Origin: an uncultured Collinsella sp.
GTDB lineage: Bacteria; Actinomycetota; Coriobacteriia; Coriobacteriales; Coriobacteriaceae
NCBI GenBank assembly: GCA_902469435.1
Contig: CABRCR010000008.1
Span: 9,805-73,804 of the forward strand
Length of the DNA stretch: 64,000 bases
Reading direction: 5' to 3'
The stretch's first letter is position 1. Each line of letters opens with the position of its first letter. A program made the position numbers and the translations under genes. A model generated the notes under the pieces. It saw nothing but the letters and a program-made list of their open reading frames with translations, made no database searches and was not told the DNA's origin. Positions 47,825 through 56,240 of this stretch are shown here, piece after piece.

Positions 47825-50383
47825 ATGGAATTTTATGCAAGCTGCCCGGAGGGCTTTGAATCCGCACTCGCCGACGAGCTCAAGTGGCTCGGGCTTTCGC
47901 ATGTCCGCCGCCTGAAGGGCCGCGCTACGTTTGAGGGCGAGCTCGAAGAAGGCTACCGTGCCTGCCTGTGGTCGCGCCTGGCCAGCCGCGTGTTTGTGGT
48001 GCTTGGGCGCTTTGAGGCGCAGGATGCCGACGAGCTGTACGACAGCGTTTACGACATCGCCTGGGAGACCATCATCCGCCCCGGCGCCACCATCGCCATC
48101 ACCGCCCGCGGCGTGACCGAGCAGCTGCGCAACACGCGCTTCTCGGCTTTGCGCGCCAAGGACGCGCTGTGCGACCGTCTGGCCGAGACCACGGGCCGTC
48201 GCGCCGATGTCGACGCCGCCGACCCCGACGTTCACCTGCTGCTTTCGCTGCGTCAGCGCCGCGCGAGCATCAGCCTGGACCTTTCGGGCGACCCGCTGTT
48301 CAAACGCCTGCCGCCCGCAGCGACCCGCGCCGGCGAGGGCGCGCACGTGCTGCGCCCCGACTACGCCGCCCTGGTGCTGGCGCAGGTCGGCTGGACCGCG
48401 CTATGTGAGCGCGAGCTGACGGCCGACGACTACGAAAACGAAGCCCTGCCCACGCTGATCGACGCCTCATGCGCCGGCGGCGGTCTGCTGTTGGAGGCCG
48501 TGAACATTCTGACCGACCGCGCCCCGGGTACCGCACGCGAGCACTGGGGCTTTGAGGGCTGGCAGCTGCACGACGCCGCCCTGTGGAAGCAACTGCTTGC
48601 CGAGGCGCGCGAGCGCGAGACGGCAGCACGCGAGCGACAGGCGCGCATCGTGGCCGTAGACATCGACCCCGCCGCCCGCAAGACTGCCGAGCGCATGGTC
48701 AAGTGCGCCGGCTACAAGCGTTTTGTCGACTTTTGCGCTGCCAAGCCAGCCACCGTGTTGGACCATGCAGGCGCTGTCGCCGGCGCCGCCGTGGTCGCAG
48801 ACACCACCGAGACGCCGCTTTCGCTCATGCACGACGCCATGACGCTGATCGGCGAGCTGCGCCGCGCGCCCGAGCTCGCTTCGGCACCGGTCGCCGCGCT
48901 CACCCGCGATGGCCTTATGGCCCGCGCGCTCCATGCCGAGCCCGAGCGCTCCATCGCTGTCATGCCCAATAACGAGGAGGCGGCTATTGAGGTTTGGCCC
49001 TCGCTCGACCACGCCGCCGCGACATTCGAAGCTGCGACCAGCGCAGATGCCGAGGAGCAGACCGCGGATGCCCAAGACGAAGCCACCGCTTCCCCCATGC
49101 CCGAGCCCGCCGCCATGCTCGACCTGGGCGACGGCAAGCCGCTGCCCGTGCTCATCCCCGAGTCCGGGCAGTTCGCCAACCGCCTGCGCAAGAATGCCCG
49201 TCTGCGCCGCAAGTGGGCCAAGCGCGAGGGCGTGAGCTGCTACCGCGTCTACGATGCCGACCTGCCCGACTACTCCGCCGCTATCGACCTGTACGAGGGT
49301 TGCCCGCAGACTCCGGGCCGCTGGCTCGTCATCGCCGAATACGCCGCGCCCAAGACCATCGACCCCGCACTGGCCCAGGCCCGTATGCTCGACATTCTGG
49401 CCATCGCGCCGCGCATCCTGGATGTCCCAGCCGAGCATGTGCACGCCAAGGCCCGCATGCGTTCGCGCGGCGGCTCGCAGTACGGCAAGCAAGGCGCCGG
49501 TAAGGGCGGCTCGGGCGAGCGTGCCAATATCGCGCGCCGTCGCCTGCCGCTCATCGAGGAGGGCGGGCTCACCTTTGCCGTCAACTTTGACGACTACCTG
49601 GATGTTGGCATCTTCTTGGACCACCGCGTCACCCGCAACCTGGTGCGCGAGCACGCCAAGCAGGCGCGCCGCTTCCTCAACCTGTTCGCCTACACCGGCA
49701 CCGCCACCTGCTATGCGGCAGACGGCGGCGTCGAGGAGACCGTGACGGTCGACCTTTCCAACACCTACCTGGACTGGGCCGAGCGCAACATGCGCCAGAA
49801 CGGCTTTGTGGGTCCGCAGCATCACTTTGTGCGCGACGATGTGCTCGCCTGGATTCGCGACCAGCGCCAGACGCGCAACCGCTGGGACCTGATCTTTGTC
49901 GACCCGCCCACGTTTTCGAACTCGTCCAAGATGGGCCGCCGTACCTGGGATGTCCAGCGCGACCATGTTGAGCTTTTGGCCGGCGTATCTCGCCTGCTCG
50001 CACAGGGCGGGCACGCCATCTTTAGCTGCAACCTGCGCGGCTTCCGCCCCGAGACGCGCAAGCTCGCGCGAGCGGGCGTCGTGCTGGAGGACATTACGGC
50101 GCAGACCATCCCCGAGGATTTCGCGCGCAACCAGAAGGTGCATCATTGCTATATCGTGCGCCGACTTCCCATCGAGGACGCCATGGCCGAGGTCGGCTTT
50201 AGCGCCGAGGAGATTGCCGAGCGAACCGAGGAACTGCGCAACCCCGAAGCCCGCAAGCCTCGCGCAGCATCGCCCGCGCACGCGCAGGCCGGCGACCGAG
50301 GACCGCGCGGCGGCGGCAAGTCTGCCGGTGCAGGCAAGCCCAAAAAGAAGAAGTTCTACGCCAGCAAGCCCAAGGGCAAGTAA
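47825..50383 (+). CDS. rlmKL: Bifunctional 23S rRNA methyltransferase RlmKL-like
   Basis: THUMP region (CLWSRLASRV), FANRLRKN, YRVYDADLP, GIFLDHR, LNLFAYTG, DPPTFSNS. Confidence 0.88.
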   Translation: MEFYASCPEGFESALADELKWLGLSHVRRLKGRATFEGELEEGYRACLWSRLASRVFVVLGRFEAQDADELYDSVYDIAWETIIRPGATIAITARGVTEQLRNTRFSALRAKDALCDRLAETTGRRADVDAADPDVHLLLSLRQRRASISLDLSGDPLFKRLPPAATRAGEGAHVLRPDYAALVLAQVGWTALCERELTADDYENEALPTLIDASCAGGGLLLEAVNILTDRAPGTAREHWGFEGWQLHDAALWKQLLAEARERETAARERQARIVAVDIDPAARKTAERMVKCAGYKRFVDFCAAKPATVLDHAGAVAGAAVVADTTETPLSLMHDAMTLIGELRRAPELASAPVAALTRDGLMARALHAEPERSIAVMPNNEEAAIEVWPSLDHAAATFEAATSADAEEQTADAQDEATASPMPEPAAMLDLGDGKPLPVLIPESGQFANRLRKNARLRRKWAKREGVSCYRVYDADLPDYSAAIDLYEGCPQTPGRWLVIAEYAAPKTIDPALAQARMLDILAIAPRILDVPAEHVHAKARMRSRGGSQYGKQGAGKGGSGERANIARRRLPLIEEGGLTFAVNFDDYLDVGIFLDHRVTRNLVREHAKQARRFLNLFAYTGTATCYAADGGVEETVTVDLSNTYLDWAERNMRQNGFVGPQHHFVRDDVLAWIRDQRQTRNRWDLIFVDPPTFSNSSKMGRRTWDVQRDHVELLAGVSRLLAQGGHAIFSCNLRGFRPETRKLARAGVVLEDITAQTIPEDFARNQKVHHCYIVRRLPIEDAMAEVGFSAEEIAERTEELRNPEARKPRAASPAHAQAGDRGPRGGGKSAGAGKPKKKKFYASKPKGK

Positions 50384-50487
50384 TAAAAAAGCGATGGGAT
50401 AGTTCCCCGATGACCTCATCAAAGGCCAAACGAGAACTATCCCACCGCAACTTATAGAGGGGCCACGTCTGGGGGCCGTGCTCTGCC

Positions 50488-51201
50488 CTATCCCTGGGTG
50501 ACCAATCGGTAACCGATACCCACGTGCGTCTGGATGTAGCGCGGGTGCACGGGGTCGGACTCGATCTTCTTGCGCAACGTGCCCATAAAGACACGCAGGC
50601 TCGCCAGGTCGCTCTTGGTCGCCGTACCCCAAATCTCGTGCAGGATAAATTGGTGCGTCAGCACCTTGTCGGCGTTGTGTGCCAGCAGGCACAAGAGCCT
50701 GTACTCGATCGGCGTCAGATGCAGCTCCTCGCCATCCATCGTGGCGATGCCGGCATCAAAATCGATATGCAACTCGCCGGTATCGAACGAGCCCTCGGAG
50801 ACAACACCGCCCGCCTGCGCATACGAAAGGCGCCTGAGCGTGGTGCGAATGCGCGCGAGCAGCTCCTCGACCGAAAACGGCTTAGTCAGGTAGTCATCGG
50901 CGCCGGCATCGAGCGCTCGGATCTTGTCCGCGTCCTCGCTGCGCGCCGAAACCACGATGATCGGCATGCCCGACCACGCGCGCACCGACTCCACCACCTT
51001 GACGCCGTCCATATCGGGCAGGCCCAGATCGAGCAGCACAATGCTCGGCGCCTGCGACGAAGCGGCGGCGATGGCGGCGTGGGCGGTCTCCACAGCCATA
51101 TGGCGCAAACCGTGCGCCTCGAGCGCGGCGACGATAAGGTTGCGGACGGCGGGATCGTCCTCAACGACCAAGATGAGCGGTTTCACGGCAGAGTTCGGCA
51201 C
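50488..51201 (-). CDS. kdpE: KdpE-like OmpR-family response regulator
   Basis: LLDLGLPDMDG, GADDYLTKPF, HLTPIEY, LRVFMGTLRKKIE and GIGYR motifs. Confidence 0.9.
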   Translation of the reverse strand: MPNSAVKPLILVVEDDPAVRNLIVAALEAHGLRHMAVETAHAAIAAASSQAPSIVLLDLGLPDMDGVKVVESVRAWSGMPIIVVSARSEDADKIRALDAGADDYLTKPFSVEELLARIRTTLRRLSYAQAGGVVSEGSFDTGELHIDFDAGIATMDGEELHLTPIEYRLLCLLAHNADKVLTHQFILHEIWGTATKSDLASLRVFMGTLRKKIESDPVHPRYIQTHVGIGYRLVTQG

Positions 51202-51205
51202 AGCG

Positions 51206-52831
51206 CTACTCCTTATCAAACGAAACGTCGGCGGCGGGAAGCTCAATCGTAAAGACCGAACCGTGCGGGTCCGCCGCGGTAACCTCTATGCTACCGCCAT
51301 GTGCCAGCGCAATGGAGCGGCAGAGCGAAAGCCCCAAGCCCACACTGCGGCAGCTGTCGGCCAGGCCATGGTTGGCGGTGTAGAACGACTCAAAGATTCG
51401 CTCGCGGTCCTCGGGCGCAATGCCCGGGCCATCATCAGCAACCGAGCACGCCACGCATCCATCATGGACGCCAATCGAGATTACGATATGCGAGTCCGCA
51501 GGCGTATAGGTGATGGCGTTGTTCACCAGATTGACCACCAGCTGCACCATCAGGCGCGCGTCGACGTTGACGAGCGCCGGCTCATCGCACGCCACTACCT
51601 TAAGGTCATGCTCGCGCACAGCCGGATTTACGTGACGCAGCGCCTCCTCGACGATATCGTCCATGAGCTCGAGCGTGGTCGACAGGTGCATGCCGCCGCC
51701 CTCGAGCTTGGTGATGGCGAGCAGATTCTCGACAGTGGCGTTGAGCCATTGCGCGTCCGAGCGAATGGATAGGAGCATGCCGCGGCGTGTCTGGTCGTCG
51801 AGCACGGCCGTGCCGGTCGAGCCCTGGTCGAGCAACACGTCGGCATTACCCGAAATACTGGTAAGCGGCGTGCGCAGATCGTGCGAGATGGAGCGCAGCA
51901 AGTTGGCACGCAGCTGCTCGTTTTTAGCGAGCACAGCCGCCTCCTCGCGGGCCTCCATGGCGCGGGCGCGATCGAGCGCCAGCTCGCCTTCGCTCACGAT
52001 GGCATCGGCAAGCGTCCGCTCCTCGGGCGTCAGCGCATCGGGCTCGGCGACAATGGCGAACACCCCCACCACCGAGGCGGGATCGCCCGCGCGCACCATG
52101 GTGTCGCCCGAGCGCACGGTCAGGTATATGCCGTAGAACGCCGAGGCGCCATAGGTGGCATCGAGCGGCGTTCCCACATAGGCGGACGCCGAGAGCCGCG
52201 GCGGCATCTGCGGCGCCAGCTGGTGTACCGGCGCGGCATCGCCCACGGCCGTGTACGTCGTGCGCGGCAGCAGGTCATCGTTATCGACATCGGCGCTATA
52301 CCACACGACCGGACAGTCCGAAAGACGCGCCAGCTGCGTTGCCATAGCGTGCACAATCTGTTGCTGATCGCCACACCGCTGCAGCATGCGGTTGGTCTCG
52401 AGCACCATCTGCGTGCGACGGTCGCTGGCGGCAGCCTGCGCCAAGGCGCGGCGCAGGGCCAGCGCGATCGAGCTCGATACGAGCGAGACCGCAAACATGA
52501 TAAAGAACATGCCGGGATAGACGCGGTCGATAAACGACAGCGCGTAGCGCGGGTCGACAAACAAGAAGTTGTAGAGCGCCACGGCGGCAGCCGAGCTCAG
52601 CAGGCAGTACAGGCGGCTCCAGGTAAAGAAAGCGCACAGCTGCACGGCGAACACATAGACGATCATGATGCTCGGCGCGAGCCCCGGATGGTCGAGCAGC
52701 GCGCCCACAATCGTCGCCGCGGCTAGCAGCCCCGCCGATACGCAGGCGTCATACAGAGGACTGCGACGCGTCAGCGTTGTACGCCGCCACCAAAAGTTCT
52801 CGGCAATATCGCCGTCCGCACGGACGTCCAT
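51206..52831 (-). CDS. kdpD: KdpD-like sensor histidine kinase lacking the N-terminal cytoplasmic domains
   Basis: 4-TM module (YNFLFVDPRY), GAF-like region, EQLRANLLRSISHDLRTPLT H-box, HATPase domain. Confidence 0.85.
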   Translation of the reverse strand: MDVRADGDIAENFWWRRTTLTRRSPLYDACVSAGLLAAATIVGALLDHPGLAPSIMIVYVFAVQLCAFFTWSRLYCLLSSAAAVALYNFLFVDPRYALSFIDRVYPGMFFIMFAVSLVSSSIALALRRALAQAAASDRRTQMVLETNRMLQRCGDQQQIVHAMATQLARLSDCPVVWYSADVDNDDLLPRTTYTAVGDAAPVHQLAPQMPPRLSASAYVGTPLDATYGASAFYGIYLTVRSGDTMVRAGDPASVVGVFAIVAEPDALTPEERTLADAIVSEGELALDRARAMEAREEAAVLAKNEQLRANLLRSISHDLRTPLTSISGNADVLLDQGSTGTAVLDDQTRRGMLLSIRSDAQWLNATVENLLAITKLEGGGMHLSTTLELMDDIVEEALRHVNPAVREHDLKVVACDEPALVNVDARLMVQLVVNLVNNAITYTPADSHIVISIGVHDGCVACSVADDGPGIAPEDRERIFESFYTANHGLADSCRSVGLGLSLCRSIALAHGGSIEVTAADPHGSVFTIELPAADVSFDKE

Positions 52832-52967
52832 CAGCGCCCCGCCCCTCTCTCAAAAACAAAAACCACCACAAAGGGGACTGGCACCTTTGCGGTGGTGGCC
52901 TCCTTGTGGTGGTTTCAAGTGTATAGCCTTTGCAGCCTGCGGTCGCTAGACAAACAGCAGACGTCGA

Positions 52968-54995
52968 CTACGGACGCTCGTCGGGAGCCAGGCGCTGCAT
53001 CTTGCTCACGGCCTTAAACTTGGTGAACAGCGGCACGTACTCAAAGCTCACGTTGGAGTTCTCCAGGCCGTACCAGCGCGCAGGCGTGCCGGCGGCGCGG
53101 CGGATGATGTACTTGAGCGTGATGGCCGTACGCTCGCTGGGCTCCACGTCGCTTTCGGGCGCCAGCAGCTTGCGGATCATGACGAACTTAAACGTACCGA
53201 TGTTGCCCGGGTCCTTGTAGACCGAGTAGTCATGCGTCTGCGCCGGCAGCTCGCCGCTGGCAGCCAGATCCTGAACAACCTGACGCAGGTAAGCATTGAC
53301 GCGCTGGTTGATCTTGTAGCCCAGATACAGATGCACGCGGAACACGTAGTCGGTGCCGAACGTCTCGACCGAGTAGGCAAAGGTATGCGGCTCCTCCATG
53401 GTCTCGACATTCACGAACCACCAGGCACGAGCGCGCTTGGGGTGCTTATCCAAAATCGAGTAGACGATATCGCGGTCGATATAGTCGGTGTTGGTGTCCT
53501 TGGTCAGGTACACGATGTTGTCGCTCATGAGCTCGTAGCGATCGTCGTCGCGCAGGCGTTTGAGCTGCGGCAGATAGCTGCGCAGCGGCAGCAGCGTAAA
53601 CTGACGTTGCTCGACCGCCGTGCCGTTGTACCAGCACACCATAATGCCCATGATGAGTGCAGCCATAAGGATGGTGAAGTAGCCGCCGTGGAAGAACTTG
53701 GTGAGCGAGCTCACAAAGAAGAAACCCTCGAGCAAAAGGAAGAAGGCGGCAAAGATCCACGGCGCGACCTTGAGATTGCGCTCCACGTGCAGATAGAAGA
53801 AGAGCAGCATTGTCGTGCACATCATGGTCAGGGTAATGGCCAGGCCGTACGCGGCCTCCATGTGCGCCGAGTTCTGGAACAGCAGCACCACGACGACGCA
53901 GCCCACGAGCATGACGTTGTTGACCATGGGGATGTAGAGCTGGCCCTTGGTCTCGGCAGGATAGAAGACCTGCATATGCGGCATGAGGTCCAGGCGGCTG
54001 GCCTCGGACACCAGCGAGAATGCGCCGGTGATGAGCGCCTGCGAGGCGATGATGGCCGCGACGGTGGAAAGGCCGACGGCAAAGGGGCGCAGACCCGGGG
54101 CGAGCATCTGGTAGAAGGGGTTGAGGTCGGCGATACCCATGAGCTCCGGGTTGCCGGCGTTGTTGATAAGCCACGCGCCCTGGCCCATGTAGGACAGCAG
54201 CAGGCAGCACTTAACGAACGGCCAGGTGGCATAGATGTTGCCGCGGCCCACATGGCCCATGTCGGAATAGAGCGCCTCGGCACCGGTGGTAGCGAGAAAG
54301 CAGCTGCCCAAAATCATGATGCCCGCATGGTTGTTGGGGCTCAGCAGAAAAGCGATGCCACGCAACGGGTTGAGGCACAGCAGCACCGCGGGATACTGGC
54401 AGACAAAGAACAGGCCCGTGCCGCCCAGGAACAAAAACCACAGCGTCATGATGGGGCCGAAGGCGTGACCGATCTTGGCCGTGCCGATGCGCTGCACCAA
54501 GAAGAGCGCGATGATGATGGCAAGCGTGATGGCGACGACACGACCCTGGTCGTCACCGAGCACAGCATGGACTGCCGGAATGGTGCGCAGGCCCTCGATA
54601 GCCGTAGTCACGGTAACGGCAGGCGTGAGGATGCCATCGGCGAGCAGTGCCGCGCCGCCCAGCATGGCGGGGATGATAAGCCATTTGCCGCAGCGCTTAA
54701 CCAGGCTGTACAGAGCAAAGATGCCGCCCTCGCCATGGTTGTCGGCGCGCAGCGAGATGAGCACGTACTTGACGGTCGTCAGCAGCGTGACCGTCCACAC
54801 AACAAGGGAGAGCGCGCCGAGCACGAACTCCTGCGTGACGCTTCCGATGCCGCCGTTGCCGGCAACGAGCGCCTTGGTTACATACATGGGGCTGGTGCCG
54901 ATATCGCCATACACCACGCCCAGCGTGACGAGCATCGCCGAGATGCTCACAGGAATCGCAGCGTGCGAGGCTACTTCCTTTGCCTTTTGTTCCAT
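52968..54995 (-). CDS. kup: KUP/HAK/KT family potassium transporter
   Basis: LGVVYGDIGTSPMY, GEGGIFALY, DGILTPA, TGAEALYSDMGH, GQLYIP and AAYG motifs. Confidence 0.96.
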   Translation of the reverse strand: MEQKAKEVASHAAIPVSISAMLVTLGVVYGDIGTSPMYVTKALVAGNGGIGSVTQEFVLGALSLVVWTVTLLTTVKYVLISLRADNHGEGGIFALYSLVKRCGKWLIIPAMLGGAALLADGILTPAVTVTTAIEGLRTIPAVHAVLGDDQGRVVAITLAIIIALFLVQRIGTAKIGHAFGPIMTLWFLFLGGTGLFFVCQYPAVLLCLNPLRGIAFLLSPNNHAGIMILGSCFLATTGAEALYSDMGHVGRGNIYATWPFVKCCLLLSYMGQGAWLINNAGNPELMGIADLNPFYQMLAPGLRPFAVGLSTVAAIIASQALITGAFSLVSEASRLDLMPHMQVFYPAETKGQLYIPMVNNVMLVGCVVVVLLFQNSAHMEAAYGLAITLTMMCTTMLLFFYLHVERNLKVAPWIFAAFFLLLEGFFFVSSLTKFFHGGYFTILMAALIMGIMVCWYNGTAVEQRQFTLLPLRSYLPQLKRLRDDDRYELMSDNIVYLTKDTNTDYIDRDIVYSILDKHPKRARAWWFVNVETMEEPHTFAYSVETFGTDYVFRVHLYLGYKINQRVNAYLRQVVQDLAASGELPAQTHDYSVYKDPGNIGTFKFVMIRKLLAPESDVEPSERTAITLKYIIRRAAGTPARWYGLENSNVSFEYVPLFTKFKAVSKMQRLAPDERP

Positions 54996-55030
54996 AAGCC
55001 GGTTTCCTCCCAATTTTAACGTTCGACGGG

Positions 55031-55100
55031 ATTATATGTAATCAGCCCATATTTTAATGGCACCGTTTTCCCAGCTAGATAAACATTTATGCGGCCTTTA
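55031..55100 (-). promoter_or_regulatory. kup promoter with candidate response-regulator box
   Basis: TATAAT at 55036-55031; TAAAG (55100) and TAAAT (55089) spaced 11 bp apart. Confidence 0.5.
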
Positions 55101-55118
55101 GGCCACCGCGGCGATATG

Positions 55119-55153
55119 GAATGCGACAAGGGGACGCCCCCTTTGTCACATTC
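55119..55153. repeat. REP-like palindrome, family A variant
   Basis: GAATGCGACAAGGGGACGCCCCCTTTGTCACATTC. Confidence 0.65.
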
Positions 55154-55154
55154 G

Positions 55155-56027
55155 TCATTTTCCGAGCCAGTTTTTGAACCACCACTCCATAGAGCGGCTC
55201 ATCTCGGCCATAAAGGGGCTCGTGTGCTTACGGGTGTAGATGTCGATGACGCGCTCGCCCACCTCGCGGGCGTGCGGGCGAAACATCGCGTCCATCTCGG
55301 CCACCTGCGCATCCATGGTCGCGGTATCGGCGCGGCAGTAGTGCTCCTCGTGCACCAGGTTCACCACGGGATGCGCGATTGCCGGGCGCTCTTTGCGAGG
55401 CGTGCCGATGATGAGCATCGACAGCGGCATGGTATAGGGCGGCAGATCGAGCAGCTCGGCAACTTCCTCGGCATTCTCGACGATATCACCGATGTAGCAG
55501 CTCCCCAACCCCAGGGCCTCGGCGGCAACCACGGCGTTTTGCGCGGCGATCACGGCATCCTGCGCCGCGATGGCAAAGTCGCCCAAACCCGGCGCGCGGC
55601 GGGGCGCCTTGCCCGTGCGCTCGACAAACTCGGGCTCAAAGCAGCCCACGTGCTCAAACAGATCGATCCACTTGGCATAGTCGACCACAAATATAAGTGC
55701 CCAGGGCGCCTTGGCGATCATGGGCTGGTGGTCGCACAGGTCGGCAAGACGATCGAGCGTAGCTTGCTCACGAATGCTTACGATGGAATACATCATCATG
55801 GCGCCCGCCGACGGCGCGCGACTCGCCGCATGCAAGATCGCCGCCCGCTGTTCGTCGGTCACCGCCACGGGACGGTCGCTGTCATCGCGCGCAAAAGCGC
55901 GCGTGGACGAACGGTGCTCCAAAATGTCCAGTACCGCGTTGCCCGTAGTCTCGACCGGATAGCCGTACGTATCCACGACCGCAGCTCCGTCGCCGCCCAT
56001 GTCCGCCTTGCAAACCTGCTCGCTCAT
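55155..56027 (-). CDS. Nitroreductase (NfsA/FRP-like)
   Basis: HRSSTRAF, APSAG, DAVIAAQN.VVAAEALGLGSCYIG motifs. Confidence 0.9.
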   Translation of the reverse strand: MSEQVCKADMGGDGAAVVDTYGYPVETTGNAVLDILEHRSSTRAFARDDSDRPVAVTDEQRAAILHAASRAPSAGAMMMYSIVSIREQATLDRLADLCDHQPMIAKAPWALIFVVDYAKWIDLFEHVGCFEPEFVERTGKAPRRAPGLGDFAIAAQDAVIAAQNAVVAAEALGLGSCYIGDIVENAEEVAELLDLPPYTMPLSMLIIGTPRKERPAIAHPVVNLVHEEHYCRADTATMDAQVAEMDAMFRPHAREVGERVIDIYTRKHTSPFMAEMSRSMEWWFKNWLGK

Positions 56028-56240
56028 CGCCCTACCCTCGCCATTTCTTTAAGAAGCCTTTACGTTTCCGTGTAATTCCCGTCCATTATCGCGCAGGTCG
56101 CCACTACATTGCGCCACACCGCCACACGCGCGCGTTAATATGGCTGGTTGTTGTGCGCAGCCACCAATCGCTGCGCATATCTTGGTAACAATCGGGTAAA
56201 TCCCCGCTTTCGTAGGTTTTAGTTTGTGAGGAGTCTCAGC

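Noticed and set aside
54996..55154. c-di-AMP (ydaO) riboswitch upstream of kup
   Set aside because: The probable -10 lies only about 36 bp from the start codon, leaving no room, and I saw no ydaO consensus.
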